Positions 28,135 to 37,851 of a stretch of DNA of 64,000 nt are shown here, one piece after another. The translations under genes were made by a program, and so were the position numbers. Below the pieces are notes generated by a model that saw only the letters and a program-made list of their open reading frames with translations, was not told where the DNA came from and made no database searches. Origin of the DNA: Candidatus Omnitrophota bacterium (lineage in GTDB: Bacteria; Omnitrophota; Gorgyraeia; JABMRG01; JAFGKX01); assembly GCA_043797125.1 (NCBI GenBank), contig JAZDPX010000023.1, positions 3,098 to 67,097 of the forward strand, read 5' to 3'. Position 1 is the stretch's first letter. Each line of letters starts with the position of its first letter.

Positions 28135-29544
28135 ATGTACACCAATAGAAATTCTATATTTATAGCATTAAATGTCACTTTTCTTATTGCCTTATTTATT
28201 GTTTTTTACCCGCCAATATATGCTATTCAGGATGAAGCCGATTACTTTGGTTTTGCCTATAAGCTAAAATGCGGCACTATGTTTTTTGACCCTTTAAGTT
28301 CCCATAAGATTTTTTTTAATGGAGAACACTATGTTGATATGTATCCTCCCGGCATGGCGATTCTGCTTTTGCCATTTGCGTTGATTTACCTGAAGGCGTT
28401 TTTTCTTTTAAATCCTCTTTTGCATTTTATTGGTTTTGTTTTTTTTACCAAATCCTTGAGGCTGCTTAAATTGGATATCAGGCTTTCTCTGCTTTATTTA
28501 TTTTTTCCAACAGTTATTTTGTACAGCCGCACCATAATGCCAGACGCCGCAATAGGCTCGTTGATTTCCATAGCAGTGTATTTTTATTTAAAAGGCGGCA
28601 GGCGTTGCAATTTTTTTTCAGGGCTTATTTTTGGTTTCCTTGTTTTAATAAAGAATGCGTTGTTGATTATCCCGGTTATATTTCTCTTATGTCTTACGTA
28701 CAAACAATATTTTAAAAAGCAAACCGGCCAAAATAGCGCATCGAGTTTTTTTATTGGGCTTTTGCCGTTTACCCTCGCAGCTGTAATTTATAATTTAGCC
28801 ATGTTTAAAAATATAATAAGCACCATGGTGGCCGGCGGCGGCACGCTGTCACCCATGTTTTTACCTGGTCATTTTTTATTTTATTTTATTTTTTTGGTTT
28901 TGTTTTACCCGTTCATGTTTTTTGCCCCGCTTATGTACAAGCGGGAGGGAAGGTTGGAATTCATTTTGTCTGCCCTGATATATGTTATTTTTATAAGTAT
29001 GTGGTCTTTTATACAGCCTGCAGATGGAAATTTAGCTAGGCTGATAGTAGGCAGCAGATACCTGACGGCAGTATTGCCTATATATTTATTAACTTATTCA
29101 GATTTTATAGATAGGATGTTTTCTAAGCTTGAGGAAAATATAAAAACTCCCATTTTTATAGTGGCAACTCTAATGCTTATCTATTCCGCATATCAAATAA
29201 ATGCGCATCACCAGAGATATCTTGAACAGCAGCTTCATTACAAAGATACGCTGTATAATAATACCCGCGAAGGCGCTTTTATCGTGTGCAACGGCCAGGC
29301 CAAAGAATTACTGCAAAAGGCATGGGGGGATAGAAAATGGCTCACCTTTACGGATTCTCAGCTTTCAAAATATGTCAAACTATACGATGAATTTTATATA
29401 GTTGCGTTCTTAAGAAAAGATAAGTTGAAGGGATTTGCAGAAGACGCAAAAAGGAAAAATGCTTTAGTCAAGGAATATAATGCTATGCTTGTAGCAGAGA
29501 TCAAGCAGCCTTATATGCTTCAGATATACAAAGCGAACAAGTAA
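28135..29544 (+). CDS. polytopic integral membrane protein (GT-C-like glycosyltransferase candidate)
   Basis: Multiple TM helices and a C-terminal soluble tail. Paired with the upstream GT2, like GtrB/Gtr-type or ArnC/ArnT-type pairs. Confidence 0.45.
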   Translation: MYTNRNSIFIALNVTFLIALFIVFYPPIYAIQDEADYFGFAYKLKCGTMFFDPLSSHKIFFNGEHYVDMYPPGMAILLLPFALIYLKAFFLLNPLLHFIGFVFFTKSLRLLKLDIRLSLLYLFFPTVILYSRTIMPDAAIGSLISIAVYFYLKGGRRCNFFSGLIFGFLVLIKNALLIIPVIFLLCLTYKQYFKKQTGQNSASSFFIGLLPFTLAAVIYNLAMFKNIISTMVAGGGTLSPMFLPGHFLFYFIFLVLFYPFMFFAPLMYKREGRLEFILSALIYVIFISMWSFIQPADGNLARLIVGSRYLTAVLPIYLLTYSDFIDRMFSKLEENIKTPIFIVATLMLIYSAYQINAHHQRYLEQQLHYKDTLYNNTREGAFIVCNGQAKELLQKAWGDRKWLTFTDSQLSKYVKLYDEFYIVAFLRKDKLKGFAEDAKRKNALVKEYNAMLVAEIKQPYMLQIYKANK

Positions 29545-30932
29545 TGAATATTTTATTAATGATACCCATAAACAAAAGCTATGTAATCGCTCCAAGTTTA
29601 GGTTTGGGTTATTTAGCGGCTGTATTAAGAAAAGGTAATTCAGTAAACATACTACATTGCATAAAAGAAAGCTTTAATTTCAATAAGTTTAGAAAATATT
29701 TGAACGAAAGCAACTTCGATTTAATAGGAATGCAGATGATGTCTTACGACCTTTTGCCGGCCAAAACGCATATAGATATAATTCGTAATTCTAAGTGTAA
29801 AAATAGCATTATTGTTGTGGGCGGCCCACATCCTTCAGGTGACCCAAAAGGCACTTTGAATTATTTGCAGGGAGCAGATTTCGCTTTTAAAGGAGAGGCA
29901 GAAATAGGATTAAACCGTTTTGCAGAATTAGCCAAAGGCAAAAACTTAAAAGAAGATAGGCTGGAAGGTATATCTGGTTTAGTATGGCGAAAAGACAATG
30001 GCGTTGCGATTAATGAAGTTGAATATATTGATGACCTTGATTCAATACCGTTTCCTGCGTGGGATATTATAAAGCCGCAAGAATATCCGCCAGCCCCGCA
30101 CGGCGCCTTTTTTAAAAGCCTTCCCGCAGCGCCGATTATAATAACCCGCGGTTGCCCTTTTATTTGCACATTTTGTGCAGGTAAATGCATAACAGGAAAT
30201 AAGGTTAGAAAGAGAAGCGCTAATAATGTTATGGAAGAGATAAAATATCTGATAAAAGATTTTGGTATTTATGAATTTATGATAGAAGATGAAAACTTTA
30301 CGCTGCATAAAAATTTAGTATTAGAATTCTGTGAGGCGCTAATAAAAAATAATTTGAGCATCGGTTGGAGTTGTCCATCGGGAGTTAGATTAGATACATT
30401 AGATCTAGAGATGATAAAAATGATGGAGAAATCAGGATGTCATTCTTTAAGCGTTGGCATAGAGTTTGGAAGTCAGCGCATGCTCGATTTTACTAAAAAG
30501 AATATAACGCTAGATAAAATAAAGGAAAAAATAACGCTGATAAGGAAAACCAGCATAAAAATAACTGGGTTTTTTATGATGGGAATGCCAATGGAGACAG
30601 AACAGGATATGAAGCGAACAGCGGTATTTTCCAGGGAGCTTGACATAGACAGAGCCCAGTTTAACAACTTTATGCCTCTTCCGGGCAGTGCTTTATATGA
30701 AAACTTGCTTGGAGCTGATGCATTGGACGCAGAGGCTACAAAACATTTTTTTGTCCACGATGTAGGATATGTGCCGGAATGCCTTACGGCTAAAAAATTA
30801 AAAGCCCTGCAAAGGCAGGCATATCTTAAATTTTATTTAAGGCCTAAAACGATGTGGAATATTCTAAAAGAAATAAAGGATTATAACCACCTAATGAAGC
30901 TTTTGTATCGTTTTTACGATGCTATAATATGA
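29544..30932 (+). CDS. B12-binding domain radical SAM enzyme
   Basis: ITRGCPFICTFCAG (CxxxCxxC) after an N-terminal B12-binding-like domain. 462 aa. Confidence 0.7.
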   Translation: MNILLMIPINKSYVIAPSLGLGYLAAVLRKGNSVNILHCIKESFNFNKFRKYLNESNFDLIGMQMMSYDLLPAKTHIDIIRNSKCKNSIIVVGGPHPSGDPKGTLNYLQGADFAFKGEAEIGLNRFAELAKGKNLKEDRLEGISGLVWRKDNGVAINEVEYIDDLDSIPFPAWDIIKPQEYPPAPHGAFFKSLPAAPIIITRGCPFICTFCAGKCITGNKVRKRSANNVMEEIKYLIKDFGIYEFMIEDENFTLHKNLVLEFCEALIKNNLSIGWSCPSGVRLDTLDLEMIKMMEKSGCHSLSVGIEFGSQRMLDFTKKNITLDKIKEKITLIRKTSIKITGFFMMGMPMETEQDMKRTAVFSRELDIDRAQFNNFMPLPGSALYENLLGADALDAEATKHFFVHDVGYVPECLTAKKLKALQRQAYLKFYLRPKTMWNILKEIKDYNHLMKLLYRFYDAII

Positions 30933-32104
30933 GGATTATGAAAAAACGCATTCTTTTTATCGATCATCATGCAGAGTTAGGTGGAGGGGAGATAGCCCTG
31001 CTGGAAATTATGAAAAATCTAAACAGAGATAGATTTTCACTGCTGGCGCTCTTAGGAAACAGCGGAGAATTTGCCAATCAGTTAACAAAAGCCGGCGTAG
31101 AGGTAATAGTTGATAAATTGCCAAGTTATTTTAGGAATTTAGACAGGGACCCGGCAAAAAGAAATGGGCTGTTCTTATTCATGAAATCTGCTTTTTCGTT
31201 AGGTTCTTTTATCAAAAAAACTAAAAATGCCATTATAGAAAAAGACATAGATATTGTATATATCAATTCGATAAAAAGCTCTCTCTACGGCGTGCCTGCG
31301 GCAAAACAAACAAAGCGAAAAATAGTTTGGCATTTGCATGATTGTTTAAGCAGGGAATTTTATTCGCCATGGGTAATGCCTATAATTGTCCGGTTATCAC
31401 ATGCGGCAGATAGGATTATTTGCGTTTCAGAGACAGTAAAGGAATATTTTACAGCAGCAGGCGGCAGAGCAGAAAAAGTAGCTGTTATATACAACGGAGT
31501 TGATATTGAAAAATTTAATCCCGCCATTTCTACAGAGGCCGTAAAAAGGGAGTTTAATATTGCAGATAGGAAAGTAGTTTCTGTTGTCGGCAGGCTAGAA
31601 CCATGGAAAGGCCAAAGAGTTTTTATAAAAGCAGCGAAAATAATATGCCAAAAACGTGATGACGTTATCTTTTTAATTGCGGGGGCTCCCTTTTTTGGCT
31701 TTTACGATTATGAAAGAGAAATTAAAGACATGGTGAATCAGTTAGGACTTAAAGAAAGGGTGATTTTCCTGGGCTTTAGGCCAGATGTAGAACAGATTTA
31801 TGTTGTTTCAGATATTATAACCCATTGTTCCCTTAGGCCTGAGCCTTTCGGAAGAGACATAATAGAGGCCTTTGCCTGCGCGAAAGCGGTAATTTCAACT
31901 AATTTAGGCGCGCCGAAGGAGATCATATCCGAAAAAGAAGGTATTTTGATAGAGCCTGATAATCCCGAAATCTTAGCAGCTGGGATAATGGCGCTGTTGG
32001 ATGACACGCGCAGGCTTAAGCAGTTAGGTGAAGGCTCAAGAAATAAGGCAAAATGTTTGTTCAACATTACTGAAATCGCTAAACATATTGAACGGCTTTT
32101 ATAG
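30929..32104 (+). CDS. family 4 glycosyltransferase
   Basis: GT-B architecture with EPFGRDIIEAFACAKAVIST in the C-domain. Confidence 0.6.
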   Translation: MRIMKKRILFIDHHAELGGGEIALLEIMKNLNRDRFSLLALLGNSGEFANQLTKAGVEVIVDKLPSYFRNLDRDPAKRNGLFLFMKSAFSLGSFIKKTKNAIIEKDIDIVYINSIKSSLYGVPAAKQTKRKIVWHLHDCLSREFYSPWVMPIIVRLSHAADRIICVSETVKEYFTAAGGRAEKVAVIYNGVDIEKFNPAISTEAVKREFNIADRKVVSVVGRLEPWKGQRVFIKAAKIICQKRDDVIFLIAGAPFFGFYDYEREIKDMVNQLGLKERVIFLGFRPDVEQIYVVSDIITHCSLRPEPFGRDIIEAFACAKAVISTNLGAPKEIISEKEGILIEPDNPEILAAGIMALLDDTRRLKQLGEGSRNKAKCLFNITEIAKHIERLL

Positions 32105-32165
32105 AGAATACAAGTGGACAAAGACGTTTTATATGCTATTATTTTAGGCAGGAGACATTGGCGCT

Positions 32166-33593
32166 ATGTTTAGAGAAAGAATAAGATTCTTTATTGAGCT
32201 GGATATTGTTTTTGACATAATATTGGTGGCACTTTCTTTTATCGTGGCCATTATAGCGAGAGAAGGATATCTATACGGCAACGTAGGCGTAAGAGAATTA
32301 TTTATGTTGTTTGGCCAGCAGGCGTGGATTTTACTTATAGCATACCCATTTATTATGGTTTCCTTATTTTTAGGCAAGGCCTACGGCCCGCTTCGGTTTA
32401 GGCCTTTGCATTCCATAAGCTGGATGATAATCAAAAGTTTTATTTTTACCGTTGTCGCCTTGGCTTTTATACTTTTTATATTCAAGGTTCAGCTGGTAAG
32501 CAGGTTGTTTTTAGTCAGCTTTGGGGTTATAGGAAGCTGTATTTTTATATTAAAAAAATTTCTTGAAATCTCATTCTTGCAATTCTTTCGCCAAAAAGGC
32601 CTGAATCTTAAATATATCGCGCTGGCCGGGCAGAAAGATGATTTTGACAATATAATAAATAAGATTAAACAGAATCCGGAATATGGCCTGGAGATAGTAG
32701 CGCTTATTAAATTAGGCCAAGATAAAAGCCCGAACAAGAGCGAAGACCCGCGTTTGTATTATGGTCTGGAAGGGCTGGAAGCCGCCTTAAAAGAAAAGGT
32801 AATAGATTATATATTGTTTGCAGGCTACAAAGGCATGGAGGATGAAATAGAAAAAGGGTTGTTTATATGTGAGGAACACGGCGTTGAAACCTGGCTGGTT
32901 ACGGATTTTTTTCATATGAATATTGCCCAGCAGGATATTGATGATTTTTTTGGAATGCCGGTTATTATTTTTAGATCATCGCCGCAATTCAGTAAAGCAA
33001 TTGTTGTAAAAAGGCTTATAGATATTTTAGTATCAGCGGCGGTGTTAGTATTATGCATTCCGTTATTCGTTTTGATAGCGCTAATTACCAAAGCCGAATC
33101 CCTGGGCCCTGCTATATTTTCTCAAAAAAGGTCGGGTTTAAACGGCCGCGTATTTACGCTCTATAAATTCAGGTCTATGGTTTCTGAAGCTGAACAAGAG
33201 AAGCAGGAGCTGGAAAAGTTTAATGAAATGAGCGGCCCAGTATTTAAGCTCACAAACGACCCGCGCGTTACAAGATTTGGCAGGTTCTTGAGAAGGTGGA
33301 GTTTAGATGAATTTCCGCAACTCATTAATGTTTTAAGAGGCGAAATGAGTTTAGTTGGCCCCAGGCCTTTGCCTGTATATGAGGCAGAAAAACTAAAAGG
33401 CTGGCAGAAAAGAAGGCTGCGTATGAGGCCAGGCTTGACCTGCTTGTGGCAGATAAGGGGCAGGAGTAAAGTAGATTTTGGTAAATGGATGGAGTATGAT
33501 TTAGAATATATTGATAACTGGCGCCTATGGCTTGACTTTAATATTTTATTCAAAACCATATTTGTAGTATTTTCCAGCAAAGGCGCATATTAA
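32166..33593 (+). CDS. polyprenyl-phosphate sugar-1-phosphate transferase (WbaP/EpsB-type initiating glycosylphosphotransferase)
   Basis: N-terminal TM helices. C-terminal bacterial sugar transferase domain with RVFTLYKFRSM and DEFPQLINVLRGEMSLVGPRP. Confidence 0.8.
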   Translation: MFRERIRFFIELDIVFDIILVALSFIVAIIAREGYLYGNVGVRELFMLFGQQAWILLIAYPFIMVSLFLGKAYGPLRFRPLHSISWMIIKSFIFTVVALAFILFIFKVQLVSRLFLVSFGVIGSCIFILKKFLEISFLQFFRQKGLNLKYIALAGQKDDFDNIINKIKQNPEYGLEIVALIKLGQDKSPNKSEDPRLYYGLEGLEAALKEKVIDYILFAGYKGMEDEIEKGLFICEEHGVETWLVTDFFHMNIAQQDIDDFFGMPVIIFRSSPQFSKAIVVKRLIDILVSAAVLVLCIPLFVLIALITKAESLGPAIFSQKRSGLNGRVFTLYKFRSMVSEAEQEKQELEKFNEMSGPVFKLTNDPRVTRFGRFLRRWSLDEFPQLINVLRGEMSLVGPRPLPVYEAEKLKGWQKRRLRMRPGLTCLWQIRGRSKVDFGKWMEYDLEYIDNWRLWLDFNILFKTIFVVFSSKGAY

Positions 33594-33604
33594 CATGATT
33601 TTGC

Positions 33605-33634
33605 TTGACATTAGTATCTATAACTCATTATAAT
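33605..33634 (+). promoter_or_regulatory. sigma70-type promoter (TTGACA-N18-TATAAT)
   Basis: TTGACA at 33605-33610 and TATAAT at 33629-33634, about 45 nt upstream of the GGAGGG SD and ATG at 33682. Confidence 0.5.
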
Positions 33635-33681
33635 AAACTATAGTTATAAGAAGTAGCATTATAAAAACAAGGAGGGTGTGA

Positions 33682-33867
33682 ATGGAAAAAATGGGCGGAT
33701 TACTTATATTATTAGGCGTATTAGTTATTGTTTATGCGCTTCTAGGAGCTTTTGTAGGTAGCTGTTTTGTGTTTTCTTTTATAAGGCCTATAAAGCCGGC
33801 CACGGCATTAACCTTGGCAAATAGCCTATTGCTATTAGGCCTGGTAGTTAAAGCAACGAAGAAGTAA
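33682..33867 (+). CDS. small hydrophobic membrane protein (61 aa, two predicted TM helices)
   Basis: Strong SD (GGAGGG, 5-nt spacer), its own consensus promoter and an immediately downstream terminator. Sequence MEKMGGLLILLGVLVIVYALLGAFVGSCFVFSF... Confidence 0.5.
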   Translation: MEKMGGLLILLGVLVIVYALLGAFVGSCFVFSFIRPIKPATALTLANSLLLLGLVVKATKK

Positions 33868-33900
33868 GAAAAATTATAATATTTTTTATAGCTATATAAA

Positions 33901-33940
33901 AAAGGGCCCAAATTTTTTGCAATAGGGCCCTTATTTTTTA
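33901..33940 (+). terminator. rho-independent terminator
   Basis: AAGGGCCC-N14-GGGCCCTT stem followed by the ATTTTTTA T-run. Confidence 0.6.
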
Positions 33941-33961
33941 AATTTATTTTATGAGGAATTA

Positions 33962-35284
33962 ATGAAAGTAAGCCTGCAAACGCGCCTTATTACTCTAATG
34001 GTTATATTTTCAGTCCTTTTTATCGCTATATTTACCAGCATACAGGTATATAATCAGCTAAACAGGACCACTGATTTTAATTATCACAGAGCCAGGACAG
34101 GAGCGCTGCTTTTGCAGCTTAACCTTCAGAATGCCATAAAAGATATTAGCGAACAAAATGCGCAGCAAAGGGCAGAGAGGGTAAAACAGATAGTAAACGG
34201 GTTGTACAGTTCTAATATAATTGGCGAGACTTTAATAATAGATAAAGACGGTAAAGTCGCATATTCTACAGACAGGTTCGCCGGTTTAGATCAAGATGAC
34301 ATCCAGATAATAAAAAAGAATTTTATTCCTCCTTATTCACTTGATAAGATTTACTCAGACGTCGATAAAAAAACAAAAACCATAAGGCTCTTTATACCTT
34401 TTACAGATGTTCTTCTGGCAAAAGTAAAATACGATTTGGGCAATATATACAGGGCATTAGGAGAAGTTTACATACCGATTATGATTACGGTCCTTGCGGT
34501 AATATTTGCCAGTATGTTCATAGGCGCATTTTTGTCGCGCAGCATAATATATCCCATAAGCGCCTTAAACACAGTTACGAGCGAAGTGGCAGCAGGCAAT
34601 TTGGACCGCCGCGTAAACATAAAATCCGGGGACGAGTTAGAGGAATTGGCGAATACCTTTAATTATATGACCATAGAGTTGAAAAAAATGAAAGAGAAAG
34701 CTGAAAACGCAAATCCCCTGACAAAGCTCCCCGGCAACATAATAATCCGCGAGGAAGTGGAAAGAAGAATAAGGGATAATGAAATGTTTTTGGTTATATA
34801 TTGCGACCTTGATAATTTCAAGGCCTTTAATGATAAATATGGCATTGAAGCCGGAGATGAAGCTATAAAATTGATCGCCACCATATTAAAGGAAGCTGTT
34901 GCAAAAAAAGGAAAACCCGGCGATTTTATCGGCCATGAGGGCGGCGATGATTTTATTCTGTTGACGCGACCTGAAAGAGCGCAGGATATAGCGGATTTCA
35001 TAATAACAGAATTTGACAGAAGAATCAGGATATTATACAAAAAGGAAGATTTAGAGCGAGGCTATATTGAAGCGAAATCAAGGCAGAATGAATTATTGAA
35101 GTTTCCGATAATGAGCATTTCATTGGCAGGCGTGACCAACGAAATCAGGCCGATAAATTTATACGGCGAGGTTACCAACATAGCCGCTGAAATGAAAACC
35201 AAAGTTAAGGCCACGGGCGGAAGCTGTTTTCTTATAGACAGAAGAAGTATGCCTTGGCCTGAAGGCGCGCAAAGGCCTGCATAA
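33962..35284 (+). CDS. membrane sensor GGDEF-domain protein (periplasmic domain, HAMP, GGDEF variant GGDDF)
   Basis: TM1, a ~150-aa periplasmic region, TM2, a HAMP-like segment, then DLDNFKAFND...GHEGGDDF. The signature is GGDDF, not GG(D/E)EF, and no RxxD I-site is seen. Confidence 0.65.
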   Translation: MKVSLQTRLITLMVIFSVLFIAIFTSIQVYNQLNRTTDFNYHRARTGALLLQLNLQNAIKDISEQNAQQRAERVKQIVNGLYSSNIIGETLIIDKDGKVAYSTDRFAGLDQDDIQIIKKNFIPPYSLDKIYSDVDKKTKTIRLFIPFTDVLLAKVKYDLGNIYRALGEVYIPIMITVLAVIFASMFIGAFLSRSIIYPISALNTVTSEVAAGNLDRRVNIKSGDELEELANTFNYMTIELKKMKEKAENANPLTKLPGNIIIREEVERRIRDNEMFLVIYCDLDNFKAFNDKYGIEAGDEAIKLIATILKEAVAKKGKPGDFIGHEGGDDFILLTRPERAQDIADFIITEFDRRIRILYKKEDLERGYIEAKSRQNELLKFPIMSISLAGVTNEIRPINLYGEVTNIAAEMKTKVKATGGSCFLIDRRSMPWPEGAQRPA

Positions 35285-35290
35285 AATAGA

Positions 35291-35803
35291 TTATTGCTGT
35301 TGTTCTTGCTGAGTTTCTTGCTGTTCTTGCTGTCTTTTAAAACCGCCATCCAGGTTACTATTATAAGTTCCTTCCATAAAAACTGAAGGTGAAACAAACC
35401 CTATATCCTCGGTAGCGGGCGGCGTTACGCTGGTTAAACCATCCTGCGACTTATTTCTATATCTATATTCACCGGTAGGGGTTTTTTGCAAATTGCCGGT
35501 TGCTATATTGTCTGCGTTATAGAACGTATAGGTGTTTTTAGCTTTATCCTGTTTTAAAGCCCCAAGCTTATTGCCTTCATTATCATAGTATTCATAATCC
35601 CCGCTGTAGGTCTTCTTGGAGTAGCCGGTCTTATTGCCGTTTGCATCAAAATAGTCATAGCCGCCAAGCTCATTTTTCTTGGTATTGCTCATTTGGCCAT
35701 AATCTGCCTGCTGATAATACTGGGCAAATACAGGTGCCTCGTGCACGAATATCATGCATGCCAATATGGTCAATAATATAATACATAGTGTTATTTTTCT
35801 CAT
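35291..35803 (-). CDS. secreted repeat protein, hypothetical
   Basis: N-terminal signal peptide, three Y-x-Y-x-D-x-x-G-N-K-x-G repeats, and a Q/E-rich C-terminal tail. Convergent with the GGDEF gene. Confidence 0.45.
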   Translation of the reverse strand: MRKITLCIILLTILACMIFVHEAPVFAQYYQQADYGQMSNTKKNELGGYDYFDANGNKTGYSKKTYSGDYEYYDNEGNKLGALKQDKAKNTYTFYNADNIATGNLQKTPTGEYRYRNKSQDGLTSVTPPATEDIGFVSPSVFMEGTYNSNLDGGFKRQQEQQETQQEQQQ

Positions 35804-35899
35804 ACTATAATGTTACCATATAAGCCGCGCAAAGTAAAGAGGCCTGTATTTACTTCTTGATAAATCCGTATTTATTGGTTATTATATAGAAGATAAATA

Positions 35900-35960
35900 A
35901 GCACAGATTACACTGATTTTTAATAGATTACACAGATTAAAAAATATATGTAATCACATC
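35900..35960. promoter_or_regulatory. putative operator / regulatory repeats (GATTACAC direct repeats plus inverted GTAATC)
   Basis: ACAGATTACAC at ~35903, AGATTACAC at ~35925 and an inverted TGTAATCAC at ~35949, in the divergent intergenic region just upstream of the AAAGGAG SD and ATG at 35976. Confidence 0.3.
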
Positions 35961-35975
35961 CCAAAGGAGTCGCCC

Positions 35976-36257
35976 ATGCCAAAAGATGTTATTTTAAAGA
36001 AAAATCCGGATATTGTAACCCGCACCATAGATGATGAGACGATACTTTTGCCTATTTATAAGAGCTCGGATGAAATAAACTGCATATATACACTAAATGA
36101 ATCAGCCTCAAAAGTATGGGATCTAATAGACGGAAAGCGCACATTGTCGGCGATTAAAAAGGAAATTGTGGAAAAATTTGACACCACAACCAAAGAAGTT
36201 GATAAGCAAATAAGTCTTTTGCTGAAAGATCTAAGGCAGATAAAGGCATTAGAGTAA
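35976..36257 (+). CDS. PqqD-family peptide chaperone (RiPP recognition element, RRE)
   Basis: 93-aa protein with the PqqD-like pattern (IVTRTIDDETILLP...ASKVWDLIDGKRTLSAIKKEIVEKFD). AAAGGAG SD upstream. Confidence 0.6.
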   Translation: MPKDVILKKNPDIVTRTIDDETILLPIYKSSDEINCIYTLNESASKVWDLIDGKRTLSAIKKEIVEKFDTTTKEVDKQISLLLKDLRQIKALE

Positions 36258-36319
36258 CAGATAGCCTTAAAAGGGCTTTATGGACTATTTTATAAAATGC
36301 ACACGCCGTGAGGTGATGC

Positions 36320-36772
36320 TTGCTTTTCGTAAAAAAAATTCTTGCGAAAATTATTTTATTCCTGCAATCATACGCCCCGTATCGTAAATTAACAAAATTT
36401 ATTTTATATAGAAATATAACCTTCAGGGTAACTGTAGAGGCTGATGGCTATAAGGCCGTGGCTATGAAGAACAATCGGGCTATCGCCAAGGTATTTTTAG
36501 GTTTCAGCGATAAGTATTCTCCGGAAGGGTGGTGGTTGCAAGCTTTAGGGGTAAAGGTTTTATATCGGCGCTTAGGTATCGGCAGGCAGTTGGTTATAAG
36601 ATGCATCGATTTTATTAAAGCGCAGAAGGGGGCATGCATTGTTTTCAGCAATGTGCATAAAGATAATATTGCTTCAATGAAATTATTTAGCGGATTAAAT
36701 TTTAAAATAATGCCGTGGCCGCAGGAATCATTATCCAAAACGCAAAACAGATACGCATATATAATAAAATAA
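36320..36772 (+). CDS. GNAT-family N-acetyltransferase
   Basis: LYRRLGIGRQLV (acetyl-CoA binding motif A-like) and the GNAT fold order. The track start is TTG, so the true start is uncertain. Confidence 0.5.
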   Translation: MLFVKKILAKIILFLQSYAPYRKLTKFILYRNITFRVTVEADGYKAVAMKNNRAIAKVFLGFSDKYSPEGWWLQALGVKVLYRRLGIGRQLVIRCIDFIKAQKGACIVFSNVHKDNIASMKLFSGLNFKIMPWPQESLSKTQNRYAYIIK

Positions 36773-37819
36773 ATGGCAATAAAAAAACAAGGTTATGCAG
36801 TTTTTTCCAACAGAATTCACCGGCTGGCAAACGAAGAACGTTTTCCGTTGCGGGCGATGTTTGAATTGACTTACCGCTGTAATTTTAAATGCATCCATTG
36901 CTATAATACTGAAACGCAGAAGAAGACAAAGCCCCAGAATGAGTTAACTACCAGGCAAGTATTCGATATTCTTACGCAGCTTAAAAGAATAGGATGTCTT
37001 TACTTAGGCTTTACGGGTGGCGAGATATTTTTGCGCCATGATATACTGGATATTATTATATATGCGCGTAAATTAGGCTTTGAGCTTATTCTTTTGACCA
37101 ACGGCTCGCTTATAAATAGAAAGGTAGCCGACAGGTTAAGTAAGCTTAGATTGAATAAAATAGATATAACCGTGCATGCTATGAATGATGGTATTTTTGA
37201 TAAGATTACACAAATACCCGGTTCTGCTAAAAAGGTATTTCGGGCAATAAAGTTGCTTTACAAAAGAAATATTCCGTTGGGTCTTAAAAGTTGCGGAATG
37301 CGCGAAAACAAAGATGAAGTTGTCAAAATACAGAAATTTGCCAGCGGTATAAAAGCCATTTACCGATTAAATACAGAGTTATTAGCCTGCAATGACCGCG
37401 GCAAGACGCCGTTTGAACATCGTCTTTCTGCCGTAGAACTTTATTCTCTATACAAGGATTACTATCCAGAAGGTTTTGCTTTTAGGGCCGTAAAAAAAGA
37501 AAAATCAGGGCATATTTTTCCCTGCGGGGTAGGCAAAACAGATTTGACCATTAACCCTTTCGGAGGATTACAGTTATGTTTGGCAATAGATTATCCAAAA
37601 TATGATATATTGAAAGGCGGATTAGCCTTAGGCTGGCAAAAGATAAAAGAATTTGTTGATGAGCTCAAAGCGCCAGCAGGCTGGGTATGTGCCAAATGTG
37701 ATTTGGTTCCTTTTTGCAGGCGGTGTCCGGCCAAAGGATATTTGGAAGACGGAAATTTTTTTAGCTGTAATCATTATAGCCGCCAGCAAGCAGAATTCAT
37801 CAAGGAAATGCAGGCATAG
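36773..37819 (+). CDS. radical SAM / SPASM-domain peptide-modifying enzyme (paralog 1 of 3)
   Basis: FELTYRCNFKCIHCYN (CxxxCxxC) and a C-terminal Cys cluster CAKCDLVPFCRRCPAKGY (SPASM/twitch auxiliary cluster). Confidence 0.7.
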   Translation: MAIKKQGYAVFSNRIHRLANEERFPLRAMFELTYRCNFKCIHCYNTETQKKTKPQNELTTRQVFDILTQLKRIGCLYLGFTGGEIFLRHDILDIIIYARKLGFELILLTNGSLINRKVADRLSKLRLNKIDITVHAMNDGIFDKITQIPGSAKKVFRAIKLLYKRNIPLGLKSCGMRENKDEVVKIQKFASGIKAIYRLNTELLACNDRGKTPFEHRLSAVELYSLYKDYYPEGFAFRAVKKEKSGHIFPCGVGKTDLTINPFGGLQLCLAIDYPKYDILKGGLALGWQKIKEFVDELKAPAGWVCAKCDLVPFCRRCPAKGYLEDGNFFSCNHYSRQQAEFIKEMQA

Positions 37820-37851
37820 CAGTAGTAAAACTAAAAAACGGAGGTGGTATT

